Shown piece by piece: positions 24,061 through 26,237 of a stretch of DNA of 26,237 bases; the first letter of the stretch is position 1; each line of letters opens with the position of its first letter. Made by a program: the position numbers and the translations under genes. The notes under the pieces were generated by a model. It made no database searches. It was not told where the DNA came from and saw only the letters and a program-made list of their open reading frames with translations. Source of the stretch: a virus (taxonomy: Duplodnaviria; Caudoviricetes); the IMG/VR virus record IMGVR_UViG_3300031953_000088, positions 1 to 26,237 of that record. One strand, given 5' to 3'.

Positions 24061-24269
24061 GCCCCTGCCAGTTTGACAGATGGCGCATCGTACCGCGGGT
24101 GCTGGTGTCGTTGTACGGGTTCCTGGTCTACACGACATCCACATGGTATATGGCACTCCCGAACCCCAGCACCGAGCAGACGTCGTTCGCTACTGGTATC
24201 ATGGTGGGTGCAGCTGTGTGGTTCAAGTTCTACGCGGATAGTGGAGGTAAGCATGGGAATCCTGACTAA
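24057..24269 (+). CDS. Putative holin (two TM helices)
   Basis: DRWRIVPR followed by two hydrophobic segments; lies between endolysin and spanins with a GTGA overlap. Confidence 0.65.
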   Translation: MSPCQFDRWRIVPRVLVSLYGFLVYTTSTWYMALPNPSTEQTSFATGIMVGAAVWFKFYADSGGKHGNPD

Positions 24270-24687
24270 GTTCGTGGCTTCGAAGGTCAGCGGCTACGCC
24301 TTGATCGCTTTGGTGGTCGCGGCGGCAGGTGCGGGGTATTGGTTCTGGTCGGAGCTGAAAGAGTTCGGTAGCTTAGAGGCTAAGGCAGAACAGCAGCAAG
24401 TGACCATCGAGCAACAGGAGGCCGACCTTGAAACTCTTCGTGTGCAGGCCAAGAAGCGCGACGATGTCAACAGCAAGCTGGCCGGTCAAATGAACAGTAT
24501 GCGCCAGTCTTTCGGTGCGGCCAGACAGAGGATCGATAATGCGGAAGATAACGCTGATAAAGCTCTTAGGGATTGCATGGATATGCATATCGCTTCAGGC
24601 ATGCGCTTTGGCACCTCAGCCGAGCCCCAAGCCAGTGAAGATAAAGCCGAGCCCTCAGTGGATGAGCCCAGTTCCGGTTCCAGTTAG
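24253..24687 (+). CDS. Rz: Inner-membrane spanin (Rz-like)
   Basis: GGAGG RBS, ATG 24253, N-terminal TM helix, coiled coil and a late Cys. Confidence 0.85.
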   Translation: MGILTKFVASKVSGYALIALVVAAAGAGYWFWSELKEFGSLEAKAEQQQVTIEQQEADLETLRVQAKKRDDVNSKLAGQMNSMRQSFGAARQRIDNAEDNADKALRDCMDMHIASGMRFGTSAEPQASEDKAEPSVDEPSSGSS

Positions 24688-24796
24688 ATCTGGCGAGACT
24701 TTGGGCGCTTATTTCCACTGGTCGTTTGAGCTTTGGCAGAGCCTGGAAGAGTGCAACGCGTACCAGGCCGCCGAGCGGTCGTTCTACGAGGACTGA
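24539..24796 (+). CDS. Rz1: Outer-membrane lipoprotein spanin (Rz1-like), overlapping Rz in the +1 frame
   Basis: GAGGA RBS, lipobox LQA-C, Pro-rich segment and LEECN. Confidence 0.85.
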   Translation: MRKITLIKLLGIAWICISLQACALAPQPSPKPVKIKPSPQWMSPVPVPVRSGETLGAYFHWSFELWQSLEECNAYQAAERSFYED

Positions 24797-24801
24797 GCTA
24801 C

Positions 24802-24832
24802 GTGGACGGTATCGGGCGGTAACCGGTATACT
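24802..24832 (+). promoter_or_regulatory. Putative promoter
   Basis: TGGACG (24803-08), 18 nt, TATACT (24827-32), upstream of ATG 24859. Confidence 0.45.
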
Positions 24833-24858
24833 GACCGTAAACCATTGGATGAACCACT

Positions 24859-26237
24859 ATGCCCTACACGTCGCTGACATTCCGACCCGGTATGACGCGC
24901 ATCGCCACACCGTACACCAACGAGGGAAGCTGGTACGACTGCGACAAGGTTCGCTTTCGTGACGGACTTCCTCAGCCTGTCGGAGGTTGGCAGTCGGAGG
25001 CGTTGATCGGCGAACTGTTGGGTATTTGCCGCACCAAGCTGTCTTGGCGTTCGAACGGAGGCGTCACGTACGAGGCGTTCGGTACTACAGAAGGTCTGTG
25101 GGTCAACGCTGATGGCACGCTCTACGATATTACGCCGATCCGCTTACAGTTTGCCTCCAAGGTAGGCCCTCTGTCGGTCACCTCTGGCAGCAACGAATTG
25201 ACCATCACCACAACGAGCCCTGAGGCGAGACCCGGTGACCGTGTAGAGCTTGTAGGGTACGATCTCACCGCCAGTGGTATAAGCGATGCCGCGCTGAACG
25301 CTACACACGTCATTACGTCCGTGCCCGACGCCAACTCTGTCACCGTCATTTTAAGCGAGTCCGCAACGGCTACGGTGGTCAGTGGCGGGGGTACCGGGGA
25401 CGTCAACTTCCTGATCGGCCCCGGCGCCGAGGGCACGGTCTTTGGCAATGGCTGGGGCGCAGGGCCGTACGGCCTGTCGACCTACGGCACCCCACGGACA
25501 GATTTTGTTGCGATCAGCCGCGCACGTGTATGGTCTCTGGACACGTGGGGGGAAATTCTTGTCGGCACCTACCACGACGGTACACCCATAAAGTGGGACC
25601 CGACCAACGACGACCTGCTCGTACGCGCTTCGTTCATTACCAACGCCCCGAAAGGCGACCTGCTGCTGGTGACGTCGCCTGACAGGCACCTGGTACTGTT
25701 CGGCACCCAATTGCCAGGGGAGACGGACGTCAGCCGGCTGGCGATACGCTGGTGTGATCAGGAAAACTTCACGGAGTGGACGGTGACGGCGACCACGACG
25801 GCCGGGTCCCAACTGCTGTCTAGCGGCTCCGAAGTTGTCTGCGCGCAAGCCTCGTCCCGTCAGAACATGATCTGGACCGACGCCTCTATCACATCGATGC
25901 AGTTTACAGGCCCCCCGTACACATTCGGGTTCAACCGGCTCGACCGCACCCCCGAGATTGTAAGCCGCCACGCCGCGGTCGAAGTGGACGGCACCCTGCT
26001 CTGGATGGCGTTAGGCGCGTTCTACGTCTACGACGGCGTGGCGCGGGTCCTACCTTGTCCAATCAAGGACGTGGTGTTCGACGACTACAACCTTGACCAA
26101 CAAGACAAGTTCTTCGGTGTCAGTAACCAGGCGTTCCAGGAGGTGTGGTGGTTCTACGTTTCGGCGGAGGCGACCGAGGTTGACCGCTACGTTGTCTTCA
26201 ACTACGCAAGCCAAGACTGGACGTTCGGGACGCTCGC
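24859..26237 (+). CDS. Tail tubular B / nozzle (DNA-stabilisation) protein, 3'-truncated by the window end
   Basis: Absent from the ORF track because it has no stop in the window. Translates as MPYTSLTFRPG...EGSWYDCDKVRFRDGLP..VGGW, later WSLDTWGE, IRWCDQE and EVWWFY. Confidence 0.82.
   Translation, partial: MPYTSLTFRPGMTRIATPYTNEGSWYDCDKVRFRDGLPQPVGGWQSEALIGELLGICRTKLSWRSNGGVTYEAFGTTEGLWVNADGTLYDITPIRLQFASKVGPLSVTSGSNELTITTTSPEARPGDRVELVGYDLTASGISDAALNATHVITSVPDANSVTVILSESATATVVSGGGTGDVNFLIGPGAEGTVFGNGWGAGPYGLSTYGTPRTDFVAISRARVWSLDTWGEILVGTYHDGTPIKWDPTNDDLLVRASFITNAPKGDLLLVTSPDRHLVLFGTQLPGETDVSRLAIRWCDQENFTEWTVTATTTAGSQLLSSGSEVVCAQASSRQNMIWTDASITSMQFTGPPYTFGFNRLDRTPEIVSRHAAVEVDGTLLWMALGAFYVYDGVARVLPCPIKDVVFDDYNLDQQDKFFGVSNQAFQEVWWFYVSAEATEVDRYVVFNYASQDWTFGTL

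Overview
This window is the accessory and morphogenesis arm of a tailed dsDNA phage (podovirus-like, HTVC010P/uvMED-type gene order). Rz/Rz1 spanins and an autotransporter indicate a Gram-negative host. All credible genes are on the + strand. 1-400 is a divergent control region with a telescoping CCAG-core repeat array. 400-5025 is an accessory/anti-defence cluster: an Acb2 cyclic-oligonucleotide sponge, several small unknown genes sharing one leader motif, a collagen-stalk YadA-type autotransporter, an HslV-like Ntn protease and a T5 A1-like metallophosphoesterase. Next come TerL with an Ala1 (class 3-type) LAGLIDADG intein in Walker A, portal, GroES-like co-chaperonin, scaffold, capsid genes and major capsid protein. 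An inserted block of beta-rich genes ends in a 936-aa fusion of bacterial adhesin Ig repeats to the head-tail adaptor. The rest holds connector and tail genes, tail fibre plus chaperone, a lysis cassette and a truncated tail nozzle gene. All family assignments come from motif recognition by eye; no database search was run.
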